Shown one piece after another: positions 44,102 to 53,141 of a stretch of 64,000 nucleotides of DNA. Each line of letters opens with the position of its first letter. Position 1 is the stretch's first letter. This DNA is from Elusimicrobiota bacterium (lineage in GTDB: Bacteria; CG03; SLGR01; JBDRKX01). Both the position numbers and the translations under genes were made by a program. The notes under the pieces were generated by a model that saw only the letters and a program-made list of their open reading frames with translations, did no database searches and was not told where the DNA came from. The stretch lies in assembly GCA_043813605.1 (NCBI GenBank), contig JBDRKX010000064.1:129-64128 (forward strand). The letters run 5' to 3'.

Positions 44102-44666
44102 CTTTTCGACCCCCTGTTCTGTTATATATTTCCCTGAGCCGCTCCCGCGCCCTGTATATATTAGTCTTCACGGTACCGATATTCATCTCCAGACTTTCTG
44201 CTATCTCTTCATAGGAAAGGTTCTCTACTTCCCTGAGTATGATCATCATCCTGTCTTTCTCTTCGAGTCCTGACAGGAGTTCCTCTACAATGCTCTTATT
44301 ATCGAGATCCTTCTCTGTTTCCTGATCACCGTGAAATTCCGTATCGTAAGTTTCATTGAGCCGTAATGTCTTTCTTCTTTTCTCCCTGTCGATCAGGTTC
44401 AGCGTTGTATTTACAGCAACGCGGTAAAGCCAGGTCTTGAAAGAAGACCTAAAATCGAATTTCCGTATATTTTTAAATATCCGTACAAACACCTCGGCGG
44501 AAGCGTCTTCGGCAAGCGTCACGTTGCCTGTTGTCCTGAGCGCGATATTCCAGACAAAACCGCTGAATTCTTCGTAGATCCTTTCTATCGCGTATTCCTT
44601 CTTTTTCATTGCGTCTAAGATAACTTCCTCCGGTATCATTTCATTTCTCTTCATTTGTTTAGACAA
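44088..44666 (-). CDS. RNA polymerase sigma-70 factor, ECF subfamily
   Basis: Region 2: EDASAEVFVRIFKNIRKFDFRSSFKTWLYRVAVNTTLN. Region 4: LSYEEIAESLEMNIGTVKTNIYRARERL. Confidence 0.8.
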   Translation of the reverse strand: MSKQMKRNEMIPEEVILDAMKKKEYAIERIYEEFSGFVWNIALRTTGNVTLAEDASAEVFVRIFKNIRKFDFRSSFKTWLYRVAVNTTLNLIDREKRRKTLRLNETYDTEFHGDQETEKDLDNKSIVEELLSGLEEKDRMMIILREVENLSYEEIAESLEMNIGTVKTNIYRARERLREIYNRTGGRKDEMQ

Positions 44667-44699
44667 GCCGGCCGGTAAAAAAGTTTCATTATATGGAGG

Positions 44700-45167
44700 T
44701 CATTTATCCAGCCGTTTCAGTGAGATGACTGATTCAGGCCTTTCTGAAAGTATATCTTTACCGCTGATATGTCCGTCATGTTTTTTAATAAGGAGCCACT
44801 TGGGATGTTTTCCCTGCCATTTCATCTTAAGCAGCCTGAACGTTCCTTTCAGTTTTTCTCCGTGAAGTTCAAATTCTATATCACCGTTTTCATACTGATC
44901 GGCAAACGGCCTGGAACTGTTTAAAGTATAGCTCCCCCTGTCCCATACTATGACTTCTCCTGCGCCATGCTGTCCCTCGGGTATGGTTCCCTCAAAATCG
45001 GCGTAATCAAGCGGATGGTCATCGACTTCTACTGCAAGCCTCTTCTCAGTCGGATCGAGTGACGGCCCGTGCGGGACAGCCCAGCTTTTCAGCACCAGTC
45101 CCACTTGCAGCCTGAAATCGTAATGGAGTGTCTTTGAACTGTGTTTTTGTACGGTAAACCTGTACAT
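44700..45167 (-). CDS. Stand-alone LigD-type 3'-phosphoesterase (PE) domain protein
   Basis: TLHYDFRLQVGLVLKSWAVPHGPSLDPTEKRLAVEVDDHPLDYADFEGTIPEGQHGAGEVIVWDRGSY is the LigD PE signature. The likely start is MYRFTVQKH at 45167. The ORF-track start at 45260 overlaps the VanZ gene. Confidence 0.7.
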   Translation of the reverse strand: MYRFTVQKHSSKTLHYDFRLQVGLVLKSWAVPHGPSLDPTEKRLAVEVDDHPLDYADFEGTIPEGQHGAGEVIVWDRGSYTLNSSRPFADQYENGDIEFELHGEKLKGTFRLLKMKWQGKHPKWLLIKKHDGHISGKDILSERPESVISLKRLDK

Positions 45168-45180
45168 GTATTTACCTAAT

Positions 45181-45597
45181 TCATTCAGCGGGTATTTTTT
45201 TTTCTTTAACAGCCAGGAAAACATACGCCAATAGACATCCGGCGGAATCCCAGGCGACATCGAATACGCTCATGTGTCTGCCGGGAACAAAACTCTGGTG
45301 ATACTCGTCAGTCACAGCATATAGCATACAAATAATGGCAGCGATATTCCTGAACCTGATATTGTTTTTAGGAAAATTCGGCATGACAAGGAGCATAAGT
45401 ATGCCGTATTCGAAAATATGAGCTCCTTTTCTCAGGAAATGATCCCATACATCGAACTGTGACTTAAGATACGGGACAGATGAGAGATAATAGATCAGAG
45501 CCGCCCATATAATCGGCGGCAGGAATCTCATTAATCTTTTCTGCATTTTACGATCTTTCGCGGGTTCATGTACAGCTTTATCATTATTAATTCTCAT
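45181..45597 (-). CDS. VanZ-like family membrane protein
   Basis: GAHIFEYGILMLL...AVTDEYHQSFVPGRHMSVFDVAWDSAG matches the VanZ core. It is 138 aa with 4 TM helices. Confidence 0.6.
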   Translation of the reverse strand: MRINNDKAVHEPAKDRKMQKRLMRFLPPIIWAALIYYLSSVPYLKSQFDVWDHFLRKGAHIFEYGILMLLVMPNFPKNNIRFRNIAAIICMLYAVTDEYHQSFVPGRHMSVFDVAWDSAGCLLAYVFLAVKEKKIPAE

Positions 45598-46016
45598 TTC
45601 ACAAGACTGACTCCGATTATTATCATAAGAGTTCCGATTATCCTTACCGGTGTCAGGCTTTCTCCGAGGAAAATCGCTCCAAGAACAGCGGCAACCAGGG
45701 GGTAAGATGCCGCTATAGGTACTGCTTTTGAAGCAGGAACCGCTCTTAACGCCAGATAATACGTGAACATACCCAGAAGGCCGGCCATTAGTCCCGAAAG
45801 GCAGAAGCTCAGTGTATCTGATGCCGAAGTTTTAAAAAGTTCTGTCCATTTTCCGTACAGGGTACATATTGCCGCAAGTATAGCTGTTATAAAAATACTC
45901 CTTATGGTTACCGCGAGCAGAGGATCTGTTGTGCGTAATGCCGGCTTTTCAATAATAGAAGTACTTCCCCATAGAACAGCGGTGACCACCAGAAGCAGAA
46001 AGACTCTAATGCTCAT
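45594..46016 (-). CDS. Single-EamA-domain (4-5 TM) small membrane transporter-like protein
   Basis: It is 140 aa, hydrophobic, with an EamA-like Gly/Ala/Pro pattern (YPLVAAVLGAIFLGESLTPVRIIG). Confidence 0.45.
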   Translation of the reverse strand: MSIRVFLLLVVTAVLWGSTSIIEKPALRTTDPLLAVTIRSIFITAILAAICTLYGKWTELFKTSASDTLSFCLSGLMAGLLGMFTYYLALRAVPASKAVPIAASYPLVAAVLGAIFLGESLTPVRIIGTLMIIIGVSLVK

Positions 46017-46018
46017 AG

Positions 46019-46426
46019 CTAGTTAAGGGACCCTTTCTTTTCCGGGCCTTTTGAAGGCAGTATGTCGCCGTGTTTGGCTTCATACCTGGAAACATTCTCG
46101 TTAAGGGCCATAAGCAGTCTTTTTGCATGGCCCGGTGAAGTGATCAGTCTTGATACCGCTTTTGCTTCAACCGTTCCCGGCTGTCCGGGCGGCATATACA
46201 TGAAGTCAAGCGTGAAATCATCCGGCGTATGGGTTATCATACAGAAGTTAGTATACCTGCCCATGGCGATTTCGTCATCCATTTTAACCGGTATCTTTTT
46301 CTTTTGATTGTTTTCTTTCTCGTCCATATTTTTATCCTTTCTTAATTCTTTTTTTATAACATTGATACGTCTGGAACCTTTTCCCAGTTCAGTGTATTCA
46401 TGTTTGCCTTTCCTGTATTTTTTCAT
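46019..46426 (-). CDS. DUF3467 family protein
   Basis: GRYTNFCMITHTPDDFTLDFMYMPP...VSRLITSPGHAKRLLMALNENVSRYEAKHG matches the DUF3467 pattern. The N-terminus is basic, and the true start may be the internal MDEKEN. Confidence 0.5.
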   Translation of the reverse strand: MKKYRKGKHEYTELGKGSRRINVIKKELRKDKNMDEKENNQKKKIPVKMDDEIAMGRYTNFCMITHTPDDFTLDFMYMPPGQPGTVEAKAVSRLITSPGHAKRLLMALNENVSRYEAKHGDILPSKGPEKKGSLN

Positions 46427-46459
46427 TCTTTAACCGTATTAATTATAAGCGTCTTCCAT

Positions 46460-46903
46460 TCAGGGAACATATATACGGACTTCACTGATCCTGGCATTCT
46501 GTTTTATCATAACTTTTTTAAACACATAAAGAGGGATTTTTTTCGGTGCGGCATCCAGTATCATAAGAGGTATGTAGGCACCGGTCATAAGCATTCGGGG
46601 ATGCATCTGCAGTACTGCCATCAGAGTCCGTGACAGATCTATCCTCTCATTGAAATCGAACAGGTAAGCCCCCTCCTCCAGTGTCCACCATCCGTATTTG
46701 TCTTCAGTATCCCTTAAGACCGGTTCAAGAAGCTCAGGGAATGCTTCAGCGTATTCACTGCCTCCGAAATCAAGCGAAGCTTCACCGGACATGGAGTATA
46801 CGGATTTGACCGTCAGATCAACCGAAAACAGACCGACCTGTTTTTTTCTGCTTATCATATCCTGTAAAAGATTTGCTGTCTCTTCACCTGATAGGAATTT
46901 CAT
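46460..46903 (-). CDS. Hypothetical protein (147 aa)
   Basis: The ORF has coding-like composition. It sits between DUF3467 and the xanthine-dehydrogenase-family genes. I recognise no motif. Confidence 0.4.
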   Translation of the reverse strand: MKFLSGEETANLLQDMISRKKQVGLFSVDLTVKSVYSMSGEASLDFGGSEYAEAFPELLEPVLRDTEDKYGWWTLEEGAYLFDFNERIDLSRTLMAVLQMHPRMLMTGAYIPLMILDAAPKKIPLYVFKKVMIKQNARISEVRIYVP

Positions 46904-46934
46904 TTAAACCTCCTTTTATACAAGCCGGCCCTGT

Positions 46935-47762
46935 TCATCTCCCCATAAGCCTTCTGAACAGCACAACGGCCATCTGACGTCTATAACTCTTTGTTGACCT
47001 GAAATCATCGATCGGAGTAGATTCATAAATTATCGTTTCTGCGGCTTCTTCAACTATTTCCGGTGTTTTCTCTTTCCCCCTTAATACTTCTTCGGTCTTT
47101 AATGCCCTTATACATGCAGGGCCGACCGATCCCATGGCTATCCTGATATCCTTTATTTTACCCCTCTCCCTTACCCACCAGAGAGCCATCGATATCTTTG
47201 ATATTGCAAGTGATCTTCTTGCACCGAGTTTCATGAACCCGGAACGGCTGGTTTCGGAAACGGGGATCTTTACCGCGGTTATTATCTCATTTTCCCGGAG
47301 TATGTTTCTTCCCGGGCCCGTAGGAAATTCATCGACCGGCACCATCCTTGATCCGCCGGATTTTTCCAGCACAAGAACCGCGCCAAGAGCGCTCAAAGCG
47401 GGTATTGTATCGGCAGCCGGATTACAGTTTGCTATATTACCGCCAATAGTGGCAAGATTCCGTATCAATGGGGATCCCAGAAAACTTGCTGCATCTTTAA
47501 GGGCTTTAGCTTTTTCTTTTATCAATTCACTGTCTGCAATATCAGACACAGTTGTCATCGCACCTATTCTTATAAAAGAATCCTCTTCAGAGATACCATA
47601 AATACCGTCGATTCCGGATATGTCAACCCATGGCCTGTCGGAAAGAATGCTGTCTTTTTTTTCTACCATTATGTCTGTACCGCCTGCAATGTAATATGCG
47701 CTGCGCCCATAAAGCTTTTCTTTTATATCTTCAACCGAGTTTACTGTGATGTATTCCGTCAT
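46935..47762 (-). CDS. Xanthine dehydrogenase family, FAD-binding subunit (CoxM/XdhB/YgfM-like)
   Basis: YYIAGGTDIMVEKK...IGAMTTVSDI...LIRNLATIGGNIANCNPAADTIPALSALGAVL is the FAD_binding_5 pattern. The likely start is MTEYITV at 47762, directly after the 2Fe-2S subunit stop. Confidence 0.75.
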   Translation of the reverse strand: MTEYITVNSVEDIKEKLYGRSAYYIAGGTDIMVEKKDSILSDRPWVDISGIDGIYGISEEDSFIRIGAMTTVSDIADSELIKEKAKALKDAASFLGSPLIRNLATIGGNIANCNPAADTIPALSALGAVLVLEKSGGSRMVPVDEFPTGPGRNILRENEIITAVKIPVSETSRSGFMKLGARRSLAISKISMALWWVRERGKIKDIRIAMGSVGPACIRALKTEEVLRGKEKTPEIVEEAAETIIYESTPIDDFRSTKSYRRQMAVVLFRRLMGR

Positions 47763-48232
47763 GCCATATTTTCCTTTATATGACGCGATACCGCATAAAC
47801 AGCGTCTATGATCTTTGTGTACCCGGTACAACGGCAGATATTGCCGGATATTGCAGCGCGTATTTCTCTTCTGGAAGGTGTCTTTTGGGATTCGAGCAGG
47901 CAGTAGGCTGTTATTATCATACCGGGCGTGCAGAAACCGCATTGCACTGCACCAGATTCCATGAACGCTTTCTGTATAATACGGATACTGCCGGTCATTT
48001 CAAGCCCTTCCAGTGTCAGCACCTCTCTGCCGCCCACCCTTCCTGCGGGTACCATGCATGATGTGACGGGTTTACCATCCAATATGACGGTACAGGTCCC
48101 GCATTCACCGCGGCCGCAGCCTTCTTTGACACTTTTTATACTGTAATCTTCTCTCAGAACCCTTAAAAGAGGTTTCGAAGGATCAATATCCTTATTTACC
48201 TGTTTGCCATTTAATATAAAAGTAATCCTCAT
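47759..48232 (-). CDS. Xanthine dehydrogenase family, [2Fe-2S] ferredoxin subunit (CoxS-like)
   Basis: CGRGECGTCTV (plant-type 2Fe-2S) and QCGFCTPGMII...CRCTGY (second cluster) are present. It is 157 aa. Confidence 0.85.
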   Translation of the reverse strand: MRITFILNGKQVNKDIDPSKPLLRVLREDYSIKSVKEGCGRGECGTCTVILDGKPVTSCMVPAGRVGGREVLTLEGLEMTGSIRIIQKAFMESGAVQCGFCTPGMIITAYCLLESQKTPSRREIRAAISGNICRCTGYTKIIDAVYAVSRHIKENMA

Positions 48233-48235
48233 AAT

Positions 48236-50509
48236 CTACTTTAGCTGCTTTCTCAGTTCGCTGACTATATCTTCCGGAAGACACGGTATATGGTGGAACC
48301 GTATCCCGACAGCATCGTATATTGCGTTGACCACAGCCGCCGCCGGGCCTACGTGAGGAGGCTCGCCAAGCCCTTTTGCCCCGAACGGGCCCTCGCTATA
48401 TGGAGATTCGACAATAATAGGTTCCACGTCACATACATCAAGACTGGTCGGTACAGCATAACCTGTCAAAGTGGGATTAAGTATTCTGCCGTCCTGAAGA
48501 CAGAGGTTCTCATAGAGCGCGTAACCTATACCCTGCACAGTGCCGCCCTGTATCTGCCCTTCCGCCGACGGAACATGGATCGCTTTTCCTATATCGTGCG
48601 CAGCGACAAATCTTGTAACACTTACTTCTCCCGTTTCGCTGTCTACTTCCACTTCACACGCATTAACAGAAAATGTATATACCGGATAGGGATTTCCCAG
48701 CCCTGTCTCAGTATCAAAATCCACTCCTTCCACCCGGTACCACCCCAGGGCTGCTACTTTTTCTCTCTGCCTGTAGGCTTCAGCCACGACATCGATGTAT
48801 TCCATCTCTCCTGCATCGCAAACGTATTTCCTGTTTTCCATACGGACGTCAAAAGGCCTTACGCCCATTTTTGATGCGGCCACTTTTTTAAATACTTCAG
48901 AAACCTGTGCAGCCGCGTCCATCACCGCACGCCCTCCGACCATTGTTGCACGGGATGCTACTGTCGGCCCTGAATCAGGCACCCTTGAAGTATCAGGCCT
49001 CATGATATCTACCATATCATATGAACATCCTAAAGTATCCGCGCAGATCCTGTTGAATACGGTCTCCGCGCCCTGCCCCATCTCGACGTTGCCGACTGCG
49101 ACAAGTACAGAACCGTCTTCCTTGACATAGACTTGCGCACCTGCCTTTGCAAAGTATTTCCCCTCAGCACCCAACCCGACACCGTAATAGGTCATGGAAA
49201 TACCCATCCCCTTTTTTACCCTGCCGGTTATCTCCTCTCCATACCTTCTGAAATGTATCCTGTCTACAACAAGGTCGAGAGCCTCTTCAAGTCCGCATGA
49301 TTCTCCTATAACCTGACCGGTAACCGTGCGTGATCCGGCAGACAGCATATTCATCCTTCTGAACTCGACCGGATCGATATCCAGTTCATCCGCAAGTTCA
49401 TCAATAAGACACTCACTGGCAAAATTCACCTGCGGCTGCCCGAATCCCCTGAAAGCGCCGCACGGAACGGTGTTGGTCGCAACTGCAAAAGAATCCAGTT
49501 TCACGTTGGGTATTTCGTAACAGCCGGCCATATGTATGATACCCCGCCAGGCCACGATGGGAGACAATGTGCAGTAAGCGCCGCCGTTGACGATATATTC
49601 TCCTTCGCAGGCCGTGAGCTTGCCGTCGCTTGTCGCCCCGTATTTAAGGCGTATACGCGAAGGATGCCTTTTTGACATTGATATAAAATCCTCGGTACGG
49701 TCATATATTATGCTGACCGGTTTACCGGTCTTCATCGCGAGGAGTGCCGCATGAGAAGCTAAAATTGAAGGCATATCTTCCTTACCTCCGAAACCGCCCC
49801 CTGTCACAGCCTGGACTACCCTGATCTTTGAGTACTTTAGGCCGGTAACTTTCGCAACTGCATTGTGTACGTAAAACGGGCACTGCATCGAACCGTATAT
49901 GGTCAGTCCTCCCTCACTCTCCGGAACCGCTATCATGCCCTGATTCTCAAGATAGCAGTGTACCTGATGCTTGGTAGTGTATACCCGTTCAACGATGACA
50001 TCGGCTTCTTTGAAAGCGCGGTCCGGATTGCCGTTTCTTATCCTGAAAGTTGTATGTATATTCTCTTCACCGCCGACATGAACGGCATCCGGTTTCAGGG
50101 CGTCTATGGAGTCATATACTGCCGGATAGGATTCAGCGATTATACGCGCGCAGGCGGCTGCCCGGTATGCTTCTTCCCGCGTATCAGCAGCTACCAGCGC
50201 TATCGCCTGTCCGGCAAATTTAATGTCCCCGTCAACCAGACAGGGATAATCCTGTTTTACAAAAGGCACAATATTCTCTCCAGGGATATCGCTGCTCCCG
50301 AGAACCGCTCTTACCCCCGGCATCTTTTTAAGTTCACTGATATTCTCTATGCAGTCATACCTGCCGTGAGGTATTTCGCTGCGTATCACAGCCCCGTGGA
50401 TCATGCCCGGGAATTCCATGTCCTCGACAAATTCCGCTTTTGCCCTTACTTTACCGAGAGCATCGTATCTTATATCAGGGTCTTTCTTTTTCTTTGTTTT
50501 TTGTATCAT
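48236..50509 (-). CDS. Xanthine dehydrogenase / aldehyde oxidoreductase family, molybdopterin-binding large subunit
   Basis: It is 757 aa. An a/b hammerhead is followed by a MoCo-binding domain: GGGFGGK, AFRGFGQPQ, and an E near the C-terminus in the SEGPFGAKGLGEPP context. Confidence 0.85.
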   Translation of the reverse strand: MIQKTKKKKDPDIRYDALGKVRAKAEFVEDMEFPGMIHGAVIRSEIPHGRYDCIENISELKKMPGVRAVLGSSDIPGENIVPFVKQDYPCLVDGDIKFAGQAIALVAADTREEAYRAAACARIIAESYPAVYDSIDALKPDAVHVGGEENIHTTFRIRNGNPDRAFKEADVIVERVYTTKHQVHCYLENQGMIAVPESEGGLTIYGSMQCPFYVHNAVAKVTGLKYSKIRVVQAVTGGGFGGKEDMPSILASHAALLAMKTGKPVSIIYDRTEDFISMSKRHPSRIRLKYGATSDGKLTACEGEYIVNGGAYCTLSPIVAWRGIIHMAGCYEIPNVKLDSFAVATNTVPCGAFRGFGQPQVNFASECLIDELADELDIDPVEFRRMNMLSAGSRTVTGQVIGESCGLEEALDLVVDRIHFRRYGEEITGRVKKGMGISMTYYGVGLGAEGKYFAKAGAQVYVKEDGSVLVAVGNVEMGQGAETVFNRICADTLGCSYDMVDIMRPDTSRVPDSGPTVASRATMVGGRAVMDAAAQVSEVFKKVAASKMGVRPFDVRMENRKYVCDAGEMEYIDVVAEAYRQREKVAALGWYRVEGVDFDTETGLGNPYPVYTFSVNACEVEVDSETGEVSVTRFVAAHDIGKAIHVPSAEGQIQGGTVQGIGYALYENLCLQDGRILNPTLTGYAVPTSLDVCDVEPIIVESPYSEGPFGAKGLGEPPHVGPAAAVVNAIYDAVGIRFHHIPCLPEDIVSELRKQLK

Positions 50510-50539
50510 ATATAAGTTTATTCTGTGGTGTGTATTCTA

Positions 50540-53071
50540 TCAATCTTCTTTCAGTACCCCGGCTTCTTCCGGCGTTCTTTCCCTCATGTGCATTGCGCCC
50601 GTAAAACACTTTCCTACACAGATTGAACAGCCTACACATTTTTCAGGATCGGTAACCGGGTATCCCTCTTCGTCAAGGCTGATCGCCATGTACGAACACC
50701 TTGTACAGTTGCCGCATTTGGCACACAGGTCATTTTCTGTATCAGATATCTTCTTTTCAGATGAGAGCTCCATAAAATCCGTTATAGGGCCGGGGTGCGC
50801 AATACCTGTCAGCTCTTTAATAGAACTGATCCCTCTTGATTCCATAAGATAACTGATACCGTTTTTAAGTTCATCTATTATACCGTACCCGTATTTCATC
50901 ACTATCGTACAGAACTGAACGGTTCCGGCACCCAGTGCAAGGAAATCCGCTGCCTGCCTGTAGTTCATCGGACCGGCGTTTCCTGATATAGTCACACCTA
51001 CAGGTACCGCCCGGGCCAGTGTAAAGAAACTGATAGGACAGACTCCTTCTCCGCTCATGCCGTATACCACACCCTGTTCCCATACTCTATCCGGTTTTTC
51101 TCCGCAGTTGCCCGGATCCATGAAATCCATTACGGGAAAAGTATTGGCAAGAGTTACACCGGCTTTCTTGCCGGGAAACCGCGCTATTACTTCTTTAATG
51201 GCATTTATTATCGGTACTATTGAAGTAACTGCGGCAGTCAGTTTAAACAGTTTAGGTACATTCCCGTCACCTGATTCCAGTATCCAGGATATTATCTTTG
51301 CGGTCAGCTCGGCATTCTGTGAAACGATGTCGCCTTCCGTACCGTCACCTCCCTGCGGGCACGACAGACTGTACTCAATACCCATAACGCCGGCAGCCTC
51401 CAGTTTTTTTGTATTTGATTGCCAACCGGCCATATCTTCATCATCATTCCCGGTAACAGGCCCGCCTGTTGATGCCATTGTAAGCCTGTCCGGGTATAGT
51501 CTGACCAGTTCCTCTACTTCACGGCAGACCCGGGACAATGCGTGCCCGGAAACATTATCGCAATTACCGTATGTCCTGTTATTAAAAACATGCATATATT
51601 CAGACGGAATATGTATGGGCACACCATCAAAAGCTGTCTTCATAATACCGCCTGACCAGCCTGCTTTATATGCTTTTTTCATCTGTTCCAATCCGTCAGT
51701 CGGAGGTGCAGCCGACAGTAAAAACGGCGTTGATATGTTCCTGCCGAAAAAATCGGTTTCGAGGTCAACAGGTATACTGACATAACCGGGAAGAGAATAA
51801 GAATTCTTCCTGATGTTTTCTGTTTTGATATTCTCTTTATCATTGATATAACTATCAGCTTCGAGAGCGGCGTTCTTGCCTGAAGCTACTGCTTCAACTA
51901 CAGTGGTAGGCCCGGCGAGAAAATCACCGGCATAAAATATCCCGGGAGTATCATTATCTATGGCTAGAGCCGGCTTGTGCCCGATAGCTATGATGATACC
52001 GCTAATATCGTCTCTTGTCCTTCCGGTACCGGGAACATCTTTGATAGAACCAAGATCGAATTTTTCTGCATCAAGACTCACCTTACACGTCCGGATCCCG
52101 CCGTATCCTGTAATAGCGGTCACTCTTGTTCTTCCGCTCACTTCAATACCATATTCTACGAGTTCTTTCCTCTCCTTTGCGGTAAGCGGCATCTCGGAAA
52201 GGTTTTCAAGAGAAAACATCTCGACATGCCCCGCGCCGTTATTCACGGCTGTTACCGCACAATCAAGCGCAGTTGCACCGCCGCCGATAACCGCTATATT
52301 CCCCTTAAGATCATATCCGCCCGGATCGGACAGGTAATCGACAGCTTTCAGTGCAGTATCTTCATTATCTAAATTCATCGCTATCGGCTGCCACAGTCCG
52401 AAAGCCGCAATAACTGCCGCATAACCTTCATCCATAAGAGCAGCGGGTCTATCTATATTCCTGTTGTTAATTATCGAGATATCTCCGAGTCCTTTGATAA
52501 ATTCTATGTCTGAATCAAGTGTTTCCTTATTCAGCCTGTGATCAGGTATGAGTCTTGCCATACCGCCCGGACGCTCATTCGATTCGAAAATATCCACCTT
52601 GTAACCGGATTGCGCAAGGACAGCCGCAGCTCCCAGTCCCGCCGGACCGGCGCCGATGACTGCCGCCCTGATTCCGTTTGGTTCCGGCGCCGAAAACGCG
52701 GGTATACCGCCGGATCTCTTTGCCCTCTCGATTATCTCAGCCTGTAATTCGGGTATATTAATAGCTCCATCGAACAGTCTGTGTGAACATTCACGCATAC
52801 AATGGCGGTCAGGACATACTGCACCGCACACGCCTCCCAGAGGATTGTCTTTCATTATGAGTAGCGCTGCGCGCCTTATATCATGGTCAGTGCCTTCTCT
52901 TGCAGCCATTATAAAATCAGCGGGTGAACAGTCAGCAGGGCATGCGGTTTTACAGGGTTTTTCCTCGCAATATTCGCATCTTTCCATCTCTGTCTTAAAT
53001 CTCATATCCGACATATTGCGGGAAATATCAGTTATATTGTCTTTGCTCATAGAAATCCTCTCATCCTTCAT
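50540..53071 (-). CDS. Fe-S flavoprotein: N-terminal 4Fe-4S, then a GltD/PreT-like FAD/NAD(P) domain, then a dihydroorotate/dihydropyrimidine dehydrogenase-like (PreA-like) TIM barrel, then 2x[4Fe-4S]
   Basis: N-terminal 4Fe-4S: CEYCEEKPCKTACPADC. Dinucleotide fold: AAVIGAGPAGLGAAAVL..DIFE...PGG. DHODH-like: SLSCPQG...VPKLFKLTA... C-terminus: CAKCGNCTRCSYMA...CVGCSICVGKC. It is 843 aa. Confidence 0.6.
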   Translation of the reverse strand: MKDERISMSKDNITDISRNMSDMRFKTEMERCEYCEEKPCKTACPADCSPADFIMAAREGTDHDIRRAALLIMKDNPLGGVCGAVCPDRHCMRECSHRLFDGAINIPELQAEIIERAKRSGGIPAFSAPEPNGIRAAVIGAGPAGLGAAAVLAQSGYKVDIFESNERPGGMARLIPDHRLNKETLDSDIEFIKGLGDISIINNRNIDRPAALMDEGYAAVIAAFGLWQPIAMNLDNEDTALKAVDYLSDPGGYDLKGNIAVIGGGATALDCAVTAVNNGAGHVEMFSLENLSEMPLTAKERKELVEYGIEVSGRTRVTAITGYGGIRTCKVSLDAEKFDLGSIKDVPGTGRTRDDISGIIIAIGHKPALAIDNDTPGIFYAGDFLAGPTTVVEAVASGKNAALEADSYINDKENIKTENIRKNSYSLPGYVSIPVDLETDFFGRNISTPFLLSAAPPTDGLEQMKKAYKAGWSGGIMKTAFDGVPIHIPSEYMHVFNNRTYGNCDNVSGHALSRVCREVEELVRLYPDRLTMASTGGPVTGNDDEDMAGWQSNTKKLEAAGVMGIEYSLSCPQGGDGTEGDIVSQNAELTAKIISWILESGDGNVPKLFKLTAAVTSIVPIINAIKEVIARFPGKKAGVTLANTFPVMDFMDPGNCGEKPDRVWEQGVVYGMSGEGVCPISFFTLARAVPVGVTISGNAGPMNYRQAADFLALGAGTVQFCTIVMKYGYGIIDELKNGISYLMESRGISSIKELTGIAHPGPITDFMELSSEKKISDTENDLCAKCGNCTRCSYMAISLDEEGYPVTDPEKCVGCSICVGKCFTGAMHMRERTPEEAGVLKED

Positions 53072-53141
53072 TCCGTTGTAAAATTTTCTGCGGACTTATT
53101 CTATTTTCATCTATCCCTCAGAACGGGCTGTTATAATGCTA

